The translations under genes and the position numbers were made by a program. A stretch of 64,000 bases of DNA from Fistulifera solaris (lineage: Eukaryota), in NCBI GenBank assembly GCA_030295235.1, contig AP026140.1, forward strand, positions 372,001-436,000, given 5' to 3'. Under the pieces are notes generated by a model, which saw only the letters and a list, made by a program, of their open reading frames with translations, ran no database searches and had not been told where the DNA came from. Below, piece after piece: positions 38,621 to 49,369 of the stretch. The stretch's first letter is position 1. Each line of letters starts with the position of its first letter.

Positions 38621-38670
38621 TGTGAATGACGGTTGTTCACACCCTCATCGGTAGAGCGACCTGATCTACA
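38621..38670 (+). promoter_or_regulatory. SECIS-like hairpin A2 (3' UTR of SelU copy A)
   Basis: TGTGA-ATGAC (38626) and TGAT (38662) flank a GGTTGTTC/GAGCGACC stem plus an ACC/GGT minihelix. Homologous to the copy B hairpin. Confidence 0.55.
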
Positions 38671-38711
38671 TATTGTAATACGAAATGACTAGTCGTCTAT
38701 ATTGTTTATCA

Positions 38712-38750
38712 TCATTGACCATTTTGTGATCCTCGCTCGTTCATTCTGTT
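38712..38750 (-). pseudogene. Relic of the ABCE1 terminal exon
   Basis: tcattgaccattttgtgatcctcgctcgttcattctgt resembles tcttgatccttttgtgatcctcgcttattgattctgt (40862-40898). It translates as RMNERGSQNGQ* versus [11 protein letters not shown]. Confidence 0.65.
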
Positions 38751-39645
38751 ATCATGCATTGAAGCTACATCGGGAAAAAAGAAGGCTGTAGTGGACGACG
38801 ACAGATGTCTAAGAGCATAAAACAAAACATTGTGTTCCTGTGTATAGCGAAGCTCGCCCGAGAGGGTAAATATAGCTATGGAAGACCGAGATGCTTGTTG
38901 TTTCGGGTTAGTACCTTCCCACCGCATCACCTCATTGCTCTTGATCTCAGTCTCAGTGCACTTTTATATCGACGTCGAACAGCTCAAAACGGTAAAAGGC
39001 CAATGCAGAAGCTAGTGACGACGCGCAATCACCGATCATCATCCGTCGATGACCTCCTCACTTCTCACTTAACCGCACTCGTCAGCAGATCGGTGACGAT
39101 TTCAGAAATGGTTGATGGTGAATGGTGAATGATAAGAGTGAACGATGAATGACGAAAAATAATAATGATAAGAACGAAATAACGAAGTTGAAGTTACTCG
39201 TTACTTGAACGTTGCAAGACTTAATTGGACCTAATTAGATTAGCTAATAGTGTAGTCTCGTTATTCTTTGCTTCTTTTGCCAGATGTCATATGACCATTA
39301 GATCAGTACACCGGAGTTTCCCAACAGTTATCAAAGTACAATACAGATTACTGTCCATTTACCTTTTCTGCTTCATGCAACGAACAGCAAGAGCAATGGG
39401 CAAAGTGGGCAAACGCGCAACACGCAACACGCAGCACATCATGAAGAATCAATCATGGTTGGACGTTGTGCTGGTGATGCATGATGCCTGAGTCATCCCT
39501 TCAGCTTCCAACTTCCAATTTCCAACGACATCTTTCCATCCACTGACTTTCACTTTCACCCATTTGCTCAAAGATAAAAACAAGGTTGGAATCAAAGCCT
39601 TGAGCCTTGTTTTTGCAAGCCGCTTGCAGCCATCAAAGTTCCATC

Positions 39646-40419
39646 ATGCCAGGTCTCGTTTCTCCGAAGAAAACGAAGCAGGTAGTGGAGGCACCATTCG
39701 ATTCGAGTCTCACAAATGCCTCTGTCAAAAAATTGGCTGAAGACGGAAAGCTCGACCACATTTACAACATTCCTTTACAGGAACTCAATTGCCAGTTCGG
39801 TATTGTTCGAAACCGAACGGACGAACAAGTTCCTCTCCAAAAAGTGGTAAGACGAGAGCGTTCGAGGCAGCAATCCAAGGTGACGTTGGTGTTTGCCGTA
39901 CGACGTCCTGGATGATCTGGGTGCCGCGAGCACGGCCGACAGCTGGCTGAGCTCGTGGCGGAAGATTCGTCCGCGGCCCTACTCGCGACGGTTAAGGAGA
40001 CAGGAGTGGACGACAAAGCCCTCCTCGACTTTTACGAGAAGTATTTTGCGCGGCATGCCATATACAAGGACGAGAAGTGGAAGCTGTATCATGCCATGGG
40101 AGGCAGAAAGATCAGTGTCGGCAAGTTAGTCACTGGACTGATGAAGTCTTTTCGACGGCACCGAGAAAAGAAAGTCGAGGCAAGTCCTAACATTACTGCC
40201 GGAGATGGATGGATGCAGGGTGGCGTCCTTATATTCGATAGACGAGGAAATCTTAGACATTTAATCGAAGAGGATTATGGCGAGCCCCTTGATACACAAG
40301 CAATCAAGGACGTGATAGAAGAAATCAAGCGAAATCAAACTATCAGGGACACTGATGATTCGGGATCGCAATTCGCAGAGGACAGCAGTGAGAGCCTCCA
40401 GGAAACCGAGTCATCTTAA
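39646..40419 (+). CDS. SELU: Selenoprotein U / PRXL2A-like, copy B, TGA=Sec at 39913-39915 (257 aa, Sec90)
   Basis: One continuous frame runs from ATG 39646 to TAA 40419, interrupted only by the TGA in FAVRRPG-U-SGCREHG. Later motifs are DEKWKLYHAMGGRKI, GDGWMQGGVLIFD and EEDYG. Confidence 0.9.
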
Positions 40420-40485
40420 TTAACAGGTCCAACTCAACCGAAGCGGGCCTTTGGGTAGACTAGCACGAAGAGAAAGATTGGCATG

Positions 40486-40556
40486 GTCATGGAACTGTGA
40501 ATGATGGTTTCTCTAGCCTTTTTGGTTAAAAACCTGATGAGTATTTGTTCCATGAC
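40486..40556 (+). promoter_or_regulatory. SECIS-like hairpin B (3' UTR of SelU copy B)
   Basis: Perfect 10-bp lower stem GTCATGGAAC/GTTCCATGAC. Core ATGAT (40501) / TGAT (40535). Upper stem GGTTT/AAACC plus TAGCC/GGTTA. Starts 66 nt after the stop codon. Confidence 0.7.
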
Positions 40557-40785
40557 GCGCCACCCTTGCCGACTTTGTGCCGGGCATACCTGGTATTTGG
40601 TTAAAGCATAAGCACGTAGTTATTCATATTAGGAATTTTGTGACGTATTCCGCATCAGTTAGAATGAACTACATTATTGGGACCACCAAGAAAGAAAGGT
40701 TACTTAAGAATAGGTTGCTCTTTGTTTTGCATTTGCGCCGAGACTGTCGCTCACATCAACGCTCAATCGTATACTGGGTATTCTT

Positions 40786-43143
40786 TTAGAGATCATCATC
40801 ATCAATGTCGTCATCATCGCCGTCGTTCTCGTAAAAGAAGTAATTTCCGCTAGCTTTTTGTTCTTGATCCTTTTGTGATCCTCGCTTATTGATTCTGTGG
40901 GTAAAAGATAAGAGCACGTTGTCAGTGACGCAACATTTCAAATGAATAGGCTACCCAAGAGCCACAGAAATAACGCTGGTAGGAAATTAAAACATAAGAC
41001 TTGAAGCTTTCATAGCCAACACTAAAACAGCGCTCGCGTTTGCGAAAAGGCGTAAAGAATTGTTTCTCGTCATTCCAGTCAAACACATACAAGCCACCGA
41101 CTAAAGACTTACCGAGGACGGAAGTTGACAGGATCACGACGAAATGTAACCTGCAAGCTCTTAAGAAACGTGTTCATACCGGTGAGAAGCGACTGCGGAG
41201 AGGTAGCGGTTGCTTCCACACCAGGCTTTCCCTCGTAGACAACTACTCGATCAGCCAAATACGTCGCCATGATAAAATCGTGTTCCACGACAAAGGCTGT
41301 CTTCTTGCTATGCATGATGAAACGCTTAATAACTTTGGCGCAATTGACGCGCTGCTCCGAATCCAGATACGCGCTGGGTTCATCGATGAGATACACATCG
41401 GCTGGTTGACCTAGAGCCAAAACGATAGCAAGTCGTTGTAATTCACCGCCGGAAAGATTCTGGACACCGTTGTCGATGATGTTGTCAATTACCAACGGTT
41501 TCATCACATCAGATATGAACTGAGGGTGAATGTATGCATCTCGAACGCGTTTGTGAAGAAGTTGTCGAACCGTGCCCTGGAATTTAGGTGAAATTTTCTG
41601 TGGCTTGTAGCTAACATTCAGCTCCGGTACTCCAGCCAGCGACGCTTCGTAGTCGAGTCCCTCAGCTTCAAGCTGAACCTGCTCGTCACTCTTCAGCAAG
41701 CCTGCCAACATACGCACGAACGTCGTCTTTCCGGTTCCATTTTCTCCGAGAAGCACAATAATTTCAGAATCCGTGAATTCACCCTTTTGAACATGCAAGA
41801 TAAACTTCGAATCATCTCGCGATTGCGTTTTTGTCATGTCTGGATAAGAATAATTCTTCAAAATATCGTTCTTGTCGCTACCTGCTTCAGCGCGTTCCGA
41901 AACCTATTATAAATAAAACAAAGTTGTAGTCAGCAAACAAGAAAGTCATCGACCAAATACACCGCAACAATAGCTCCTACGTACCTTGAACGTCAGTGCA
42001 TGATCACGGAATCGCATATTCTCGGACTGAACAAAACCAGCCAAGAAGGCATTGATACCGTTGCGAACACTGTGGGGCATCGTCACTACACCATAACCAC
42101 CGGCTTGGCCGTACAGAATGCAGATATAATCACTGAGATAATCCAAAACCGCCAAATCGTGCTCCACGACCAATACATAACGCCGATCGGCTCCCGTGCC
42201 CTCCAAGATTTTGCGAATCATCGCGGCCGCCGTCAAACGCTGTTTCACATCGAGATAGGACGACGGCTCATCGAACATGTACACATCACTGACTTGCACA
42301 GCAACGGCAGCAATCGCAAATCGCTGCAACTCTCCACCACTCAACACACCGATCTGACGATCGACTAAATGTTCCAGTTCCGCTTCCTTCAACGCCCAGC
42401 CCAGCACGTCCCAACCTTCGGCTTCCGTGCGTTCATCCTTCGACTTGAGTACATCCATGACGGTGCCTTTGACAGCCCGGGGGATGTGATCTACGTACTG
42501 TGGCTTGATGGTGGCTTTCATGGTATCTTCCAAGATGCGGGTAAAGTAGTTTTGCAACTCACTGCCACGAAAGTACACCAAAATTTCTTCCCAATCCGGA
42601 GGTGTCTCGTATTTTCCCAAGTTGGGCTTCATTTTTCCCGCCAGAATTTTGAGTGCGGTCGACTTACCGATACCGTTGGTGCCGACCAAGCCGAGTACCT
42701 GGCCCGGACGAGGCATGGGAAGTCGATGCAGTTTGAATGAGTTGGGACCGTAACGGTGTGTCGTGTTTTTCTCGAGGTCTTTCGGGAGGTTGATGATATT
42801 AATAGCTTCGAACGGGCACTTTTTGACGCAAATACCACATCCTGAAAAAGTTGCAAAAAATAGGAAATGCAGGAATGGGCAAAATGGATGAGAAAACGTG
42901 TTGAAAGCGCAAAACGACGACGTTTAAATTTGTAAACGTACCGATGCAAAGGGGCTCCGAGATGAAAGCAATTTTACTCTTGGCGTCGACTTCGATGCAC
43001 ATTTTTCCTAATTTAACGACAGGACACGACTTTTTGCATTCCTGACCACACTTCTTGGGCTTGCATCTCTCGGCCCCGACGATGGCAATACGTGTCATCG
43101 TCTCTTCCTCCTTGCTGCTGGCGGCTTTCTTTTTCGGCGCCAT
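40786..43143 (-). CDS. ABCE1: ABCE1/RLI1 ribosome recycling ATPase
   Basis: FeS domain [16 protein letters not shown]...[13 protein letters not shown] and two NBDs ([28 protein letters not shown]). Introns at ~42843-42940, ~41905-41983 and ~40896-41112. Confidence 0.97.
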
Positions 43144-43617
43144 GATTGCTGATTATTTCTACTCGGGCAATGAAATAAACTGGTAATCGAAAAGTCTGTT
43201 TGACCGCTAAGTTGATTGAAGTGAAAGACACCAACAATCGAATGCTGCTCCGCCGTACCTTTCTTTTGACATTCAACTCAATAATCTCCTCTATTTATTT
43301 TTTTGCGCTCCGCATGTCGAAGTACGAACGAACGGCTCGAAACGCTGCGTCTGGACGTAGGCCGTCGTTCGTGAACAAATCATTATCGAGTGATCCGTGA
43401 CCGCATTCAGGAGTTCAGCAACCGCCGCAACAAAACGCGGCATTTTTATTGCGAGATGCTGCTTTGAAACTTTTTTCTACGAAATGAACGATCAACAATG
43501 ACTAATACTAGTTAACTTATTTCATCGCGCCGCTGCTGTAATTTCTGGAAAAGGAGCCCGATTGCGACGCGTTTGGTAAATCATGTAATAACAAATACTA
43601 AAGAACGATCCGCTCAT

Positions 43618-46600
43618 TTACGGACGGAGACGTTTCTTGGAATTGTGGACCTGGATGTTGCCTTGAATGGCGGTTCCGTCGTACGAATCATCTGACTGAC
43701 CCATCTGGTTGTCGTAAACGACGGCATCATCCGAAGTCTGCCAGATCTTGATGCGGAAGGTGTCGACTAATGCAACGCAAAATGAGACAATTCGATGTCG
43801 AACAGCGAGACAATCATTCAGAGCGACTTACCTCCCGAGCCCGGTTCGGCAACATCGCAAGCGGTGAGCATGAAACCGTAACCGGGAGTACCATTGATCA
43901 TGCCGCTGCCTTTGTACTTGGCGCACTTTGAACCGGTGATGACGCTATCATGAAGAAAAAGTGAGACAAGTCAGCAATTCTAACGAGAAATGGTGCGCGG
44001 GGACTTACAGCCACTCGTAGGCGGTGCTGTGGAAGCTCAGAGTAGCGGCTTTAAAAGTGAATTGAGTGTTGCCTCCCGGGACAGTCTGACCCTTGTTGTA
44101 CTTGGACACGAAACCGAAACTGGCCTTGCCAACCACAGATTCATCGAGCGCATAGGCACCGGCGGGCGACTCAAACCAACCTCCGCCCGTGACGAAGCCG
44201 GCACTGGGATCGTAGACAACCAACATGGGCAAGGTGCAGCTCCCAACGTTTCCGGTATCATCGGTCGCCGAAAGAGTCACGGCATCAATGTACACACCCG
44301 GGGTGCCCATGGTAGTCGCCGACTGAGTGACCACCGGATTTGCGTCGCAGTTGTCACTGGCAGTACCGGCAGAAATCTTCGAGAAGCAGAAGCGATTTAG
44401 TGGTTGAACAAACAACAGTGGGTGACAAAATCAAATGAACTTACGTCGAATGCGGTGTTGACCGGCACGAGAATGTATTCGGCGCATGTGACCGTGGGCG
44501 CACTGTCATCTATAACACTGACGACTGCGGTGCAAGTATCGGATACACCAAGGTCGTCAGTGACTGCCAAAGTTATTGCGGTATTCCCCAAACCGAAAGG
44601 ACCTTCGGGCGATACTGCATACGTCAATGGCGAGCCTTCGAAGTCAAAAGAACCGTTATCGAATTGCGGTGCGGCAACGACCACAGCTTGGCAATTGCCA
44701 TCTGTAGAGACAGTAACGTCTTGGCATTCTGCAACTGGGGCCTGGTTGAGAATTACCACTTGGACGTCTTGCGAGCAGGTCAGCGTTCCACTTTCCCAAG
44801 TAATCTGCGTGTTGAAGTCCGTGTCACCTGCTTGGATCGTGTATTCGTAAACGTAGGAGGCAGGAAGTTCGTCTGTCGCTGCAGCACTTGTCGAAACAGC
44901 ACCCTTTCCGTCAATTGCCGATGTGACCTTTGAATAAAATAGTGAATGTGAGCACCGTAATTGCACACAATAAAACTGGTTTTGGGTCGAGACTTACAGC
45001 TGAAACTTGTGTTCCTGTCGGCCCGCCCTGGACTTGAAAAATTGTTGATACGGTGTCGCCGAGGTAACCTGCCAACGACAGCGACTCAGTAGTAGCGCAA
45101 GTGAGAGGATCATAGACAACAAGTCTTGGCAATGTGCAAGTTCCGACGTTTCCAGCAGAATCAGTTGCGCTAACCGTCACAAAATTATCATACACGCCAC
45201 TTGTATCCATTGAGGTCACGGATTGGGAGATGCTCTGGCTTAAATCGGCTTCACAGTTGTCGCTGGCGTTGTCGAGTATCTTTGAATCAAGAATTCACAA
45301 AATGAGCCAATAAGCGTTAACAAAATCAAAATCGAAAGGCAATACTTACATCAAACTCAGTATTGACCAACACAGCAAGGGATGCTACACATGTAACCGT
45401 GGGTGCGCTGTCATCAACGACATTGACTGTTGCAGTGCACGTATCGCTTACAAGAAATGTGTCAGTGGCAGTCAATGTCACCTGAGTATCTCCACGAATG
45501 AAAGGGCCTGAGGGAGATAGGCTGTAAGTTAAAGCTTGATTGTCTGGATCCAAGGAGCCGTTGTTAACTTGCGCTGCGGTGACCACGGCTTGACAATTAC
45601 CATCAGCAGAAACGTCGACATTTTTGCATTGCGCATCTGGAGGCCGGTTCTGAAGAACTGTCACCTGTATGTTCTGGGAACAAGTCTGAACACCAAGTCG
45701 CCACTGGATGAGGGTCGAAAAACTTGTATCTCCTGGTAAGATGGTGTACGAATATGTGTACGGTGCTGGAAGTGTTGTGGACAAAGCCGCGTTGGGCGTA
45801 ACAAGACCTTTTCCCACGAGCGTGGTCGTTACCTAGAGAAAGAAAACACCGAAAGTGAGACAGTGCCGAAGTTCGTTTCAGATCAATCAATGAAAGAACA
45901 TACCTGGGAAACTGTTGCGCCACTCTGTCCTCCGCTTAGTTGGAACGATGCTGAAATCGGGTTTCCTGAATAGGCTGTAATAGACAATGGTCCTGTGGGG
46001 TTGCATTGCAATGGACTTCCAACTATAAGCTCGACAATGAAATCAAATGGAACTTTAGCTCCGGTGCCCGCCTTAGACTCAATCATAATGCCCACGGCAT
46101 ATTTGGGAAACCCAGTTGTTAAAGAGGTGGATCCCAGATTCCAGCTCAAAATGCAATCTTGCGAAACAGTGAGCTGTCTCCCAAAAATGGTCTGCTGGTT
46201 AACAAATCCTGATTCACTGTCGGTAGCTTTTCTACACTGGAAAGGGTCCAAGCTTGCATCATTGATAAAGGTCTTGAGATCGAGTGAATTAGCTTGTCCT
46301 TGATAGAATTGAATGATCGCGGGAAAGTTCACTGTCGGAGAAATAGGGTCAGAAAATCTCACCAAGGTTTGCAATCGTATATCCGTGTCAGCTTGATAAG
46401 CTAACGAGCTGATGCGGCAACACTGTAAATAATACGCTGTGAATTCCGTATTGGCCACTGCACCGTAAGTGTGCGAATAAGTGAACTCGTACAGGCTGTA
46501 GCTGGACGCGGCTCCGGATGAATCGGTTAGCCCAGAGCCAAGAATGGTTGTCGAGGAAGGGAGTGCCGATTGACCGTTGCCAAAATAAAGCCGAAATTCT

Positions 46601-46770
46601 TCACCGCTGAGAACAGTACGGAGCCCAAGTCTCATTTTGAATCGAACCGTTTTGGTGGTTGGGTTCGTGACCTCATAAGAGAGCGTGCCTCCGCGAATAT
46701 GCGTTGCCATCACGGATGGAGCACCGAAAAGGAAACAAAAGCAAATCAAAAAGGTTTTGATAATCTTCAT
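43618..46770 (-). CDS. Secreted bacterial-type surface protein with duplicated Ig/HYR-like modules and a PKD-associated-type C-terminal domain, 7 exons
   Basis: Signal peptide followed by ATHIRGGTLSYE. Introns at 45833-45903, 45280-45349, 44928-44997, 44377-44444, 43945-44008 and 43767-43831 splice in frame. C-terminus VYDPSAGFVTGGGWFESPAGAY...GFVSKY...DTFRIKIW...VYDNQ. Confidence 0.8.
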
Positions 46771-47159
46771 CTTTGAAGAACGATCCTGCAACAAAGTTGA
46801 GTAGAGCGTAAGAACGGTAGTGGAAGCAGAAATTTTAGTTCGTGTTAATGTCAATAAAGTGCACGCTTTGGCTTACAACAATGATAGCTGAGATCTGAAA
46901 CGTTGCTGCAAGTTGCAAGTCACAACCAAGAGGTAAAATTTTCTCCGATCCGGAATTATGAGGGTGAAGGCAAGAGCAATTTGAGTGTAAAAAATGAGAC
47001 GACATCAGGCAATCCAATCGATCCTTGCCAAAGAAAATCTTCGCCTCTGCCTCTTCTCTACTGTATGCTAATCTTCCACTACGTACAGTATCTGCCAAGC
47101 AGGATTCGGAATTCGGCATAGGAGTAAGTAGAAACCCGATATTCGAAAGCAAAATTTTT

Positions 47160-48330
47160 ATCTCGAGTTTTGAGTTTTGAGTTTTGAGAGAATCGTGACA
47201 CAATAGCAACCGAAGAACTATCAAGAAGAAGAAGAGAGTCGGACTTTCCGTTTTCAGCTATCAACTTTCCAAATATGTCATTTGTACACGACTACCTGGT
47301 ACATAGCTACAACAAACCACAAAGACATTAGGATTGTGTTTGGTTTCGTTATTTAGACAACTATTTGCCAATTTATTCCAAATTCCAATTTCCAATTTCC
47401 AATCGCCAATCGCCAATCGCCACTCGCCGGCTCGCGGCTCGCCGGTCGCCGGCCAACTAATTAAGCCTCCAGTCCTAAGTCCTAAGACACTCCAGACTCC
47501 AGACTCCAGACTTATTGCGCGCGCGCTATAAAGACTCAAGACTCAAGATTATTAATCCGTACTGCGTATTTTTTCTTTACGCAAAATGTGCAGAGCGAGG
47601 AGCGAAGAGCGAAGATGCGAATTTCAAAGTAGTAAAGTAAAGTGCACAGTAGACAGTAGACCTACGATCTACGATCCAATGAGTAATATGTAATATTGCT
47701 GCTACTGCTACCTATAACCTATTAACTAGGGTTTATTAACCCACTACTACGTAACAAAATCCTAAATATTTATTCCTAATTGTCATGCGTCATGCAACAT
47801 GCAACATGCAAAATGCAAAATAAAGTACGGAGTACTAAATACTGGTACTGGTCCATTGTCCATTGTCCCATCGTCTGCTGTCCTTGTTCGTTCAATGTTC
47901 CTTGTTTTCCTTGTTCCGTGTTCCGTGTGCAATTGTGCATTGTGCATTATGCGATAATGTACTGGTACATGGTACATGGTACATGGTACATGGTACTGGC
48001 ATTACCTGGTACTGGTACGCGACATTTCGCATTTCGCCTTTCGCGTTTCGCCGCTACTTCTCTCATCTCCGGTCTCCGGTCTCCGGTCGCGGTCGCGGGT
48101 CACGGCTCGCGGGCTTCGGAGAAGTCGGGAGCGTCTCATACGTCTCACTTGGAGCTGCTTGCCGCATCTTTTCTCTTTTCCCTCTTCTCTCTTCTCTCTC
48201 TACTCCCTAGAGACTGCCGCTCGTCTCTTTTCTCTTTGCTAGAGTTGCTCTCTAGAGAGTCTCTTTGGAGTCTACTGTAGCTAAAGAGCTAGTAGCTAGT
48301 TTGGAGTAGAGAGTAGAGAGTCTCTCTAGC
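47160..48330. repeat. Intergenic tract dense in short, mostly 7-bp, tandem duplications
   Basis: GAGTTTT x3 (47165), CCAGACT x3 (47492), CATGCAA x3 (47791), TGGTACA x4 (47963), CTCCGGT x3 (48067), plus many two-copy heptamers. Confidence 0.85.
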
Positions 48331-48504
48331 GTTGCAACTCGTAATTTGCTGCAGAACTGCAGCATTCCCACTCCGTATCTTTTACTAAAGAGACTGAGAC
48401 GCTTCACAAATAATCACAAATCGCAATCGACCTGAAAACTACTTGCTAATACTATAATAATCATTACTAATCACTGCAGCAACGAATCCAGCTGAGCAGG
48501 ATTT

Positions 48505-49178
48505 TTAGTGACGACCATCTCTTTTTTTCGCTTTTGTGAATTCTGTCTTGGACACGTCAACATCGTTGCCCTTCAATTCGTAAACATAGCATACAACTTT
48601 ATCATCCTGCACCGCCAGCAGCACGAACGAAGGTACGACATCGGTTGTCACCGTCGATGTTGCGCCCGTAATGGATCCCTAGGTTGTAGTTTGGTTCAAG
48701 AGAAGAAGCAAATGATTTGAGCCCCGCGAGCAAAGATTGCAGTTCAACTTCTCCGAAATCCACTCACCGGATTGATGTAGCAGCAATCGTCTTCAATCAC
48801 CACCGAGTTTTGATGCGTGTGTCCGGTAATCAATATGTCAACATTCAATTTCCGCCGCGTCGCCGCCAGTGCAGCATGACTCTTCCACGGCACAATCTGA
48901 TGCCCGTGCATGACACCAATTCGAAACGGTCCTACTTGCACGACACGACTTTCCGGATACACGGAAGAACTATCATTATCCCAATCCCCGGCCACAAAAT
49001 GGAGATTGGGTGCTAACGACTGTAATTCTTCATCGTTCGTGGGACAATTGCCGGTACAAATCACGTGCTGCATGCGACCCGGAACGAGCATGCGTTTGAA
49101 GGGCGCGGGGATCTTGCTCGCTCGTGAAGGAATGTGCATGTCTCCCAGGACCAGCACTAATTCTCCAAAGCTTGCCAT
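48505..49178 (-). CDS. VPS29: Retromer subunit VPS29
   Basis: LVLVLGDMHIP, HGHQIVPW, DILITGHTH, INP|GSITGA across intron 48679-48767, and PSFVLL...YVYEL. Confidence 0.95.
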
Positions 49179-49369
49179 GACTTAAACTGTTAAAGTTGTA
49201 TAAAATAAAAATTGAATCGACGAAAAGACAGAATTCTACTCGATCATGTTTATGCTTCGAGATATCTTTTTTGTTTTTTTGTTGTTGTCGTTGTTTTATC
49301 TCAGCGCGCGACGATGGCCAGACACGTATTGCTTCGGTAACCGGAACGACATCAAATGCGGGGACGAGA

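Noticed and set aside
37977..39915. Genome-wide TGA reassignment to Trp or Cys
   Set aside because: TGA ends ordinary genes here (12191, 17679, 24850, 55329), and TGG and TGY are used normally.
47780..48280. 166-aa ORF and overlapping ORFs
   Set aside because: They are translations of heptamer duplications with low-complexity, non-protein-like composition.
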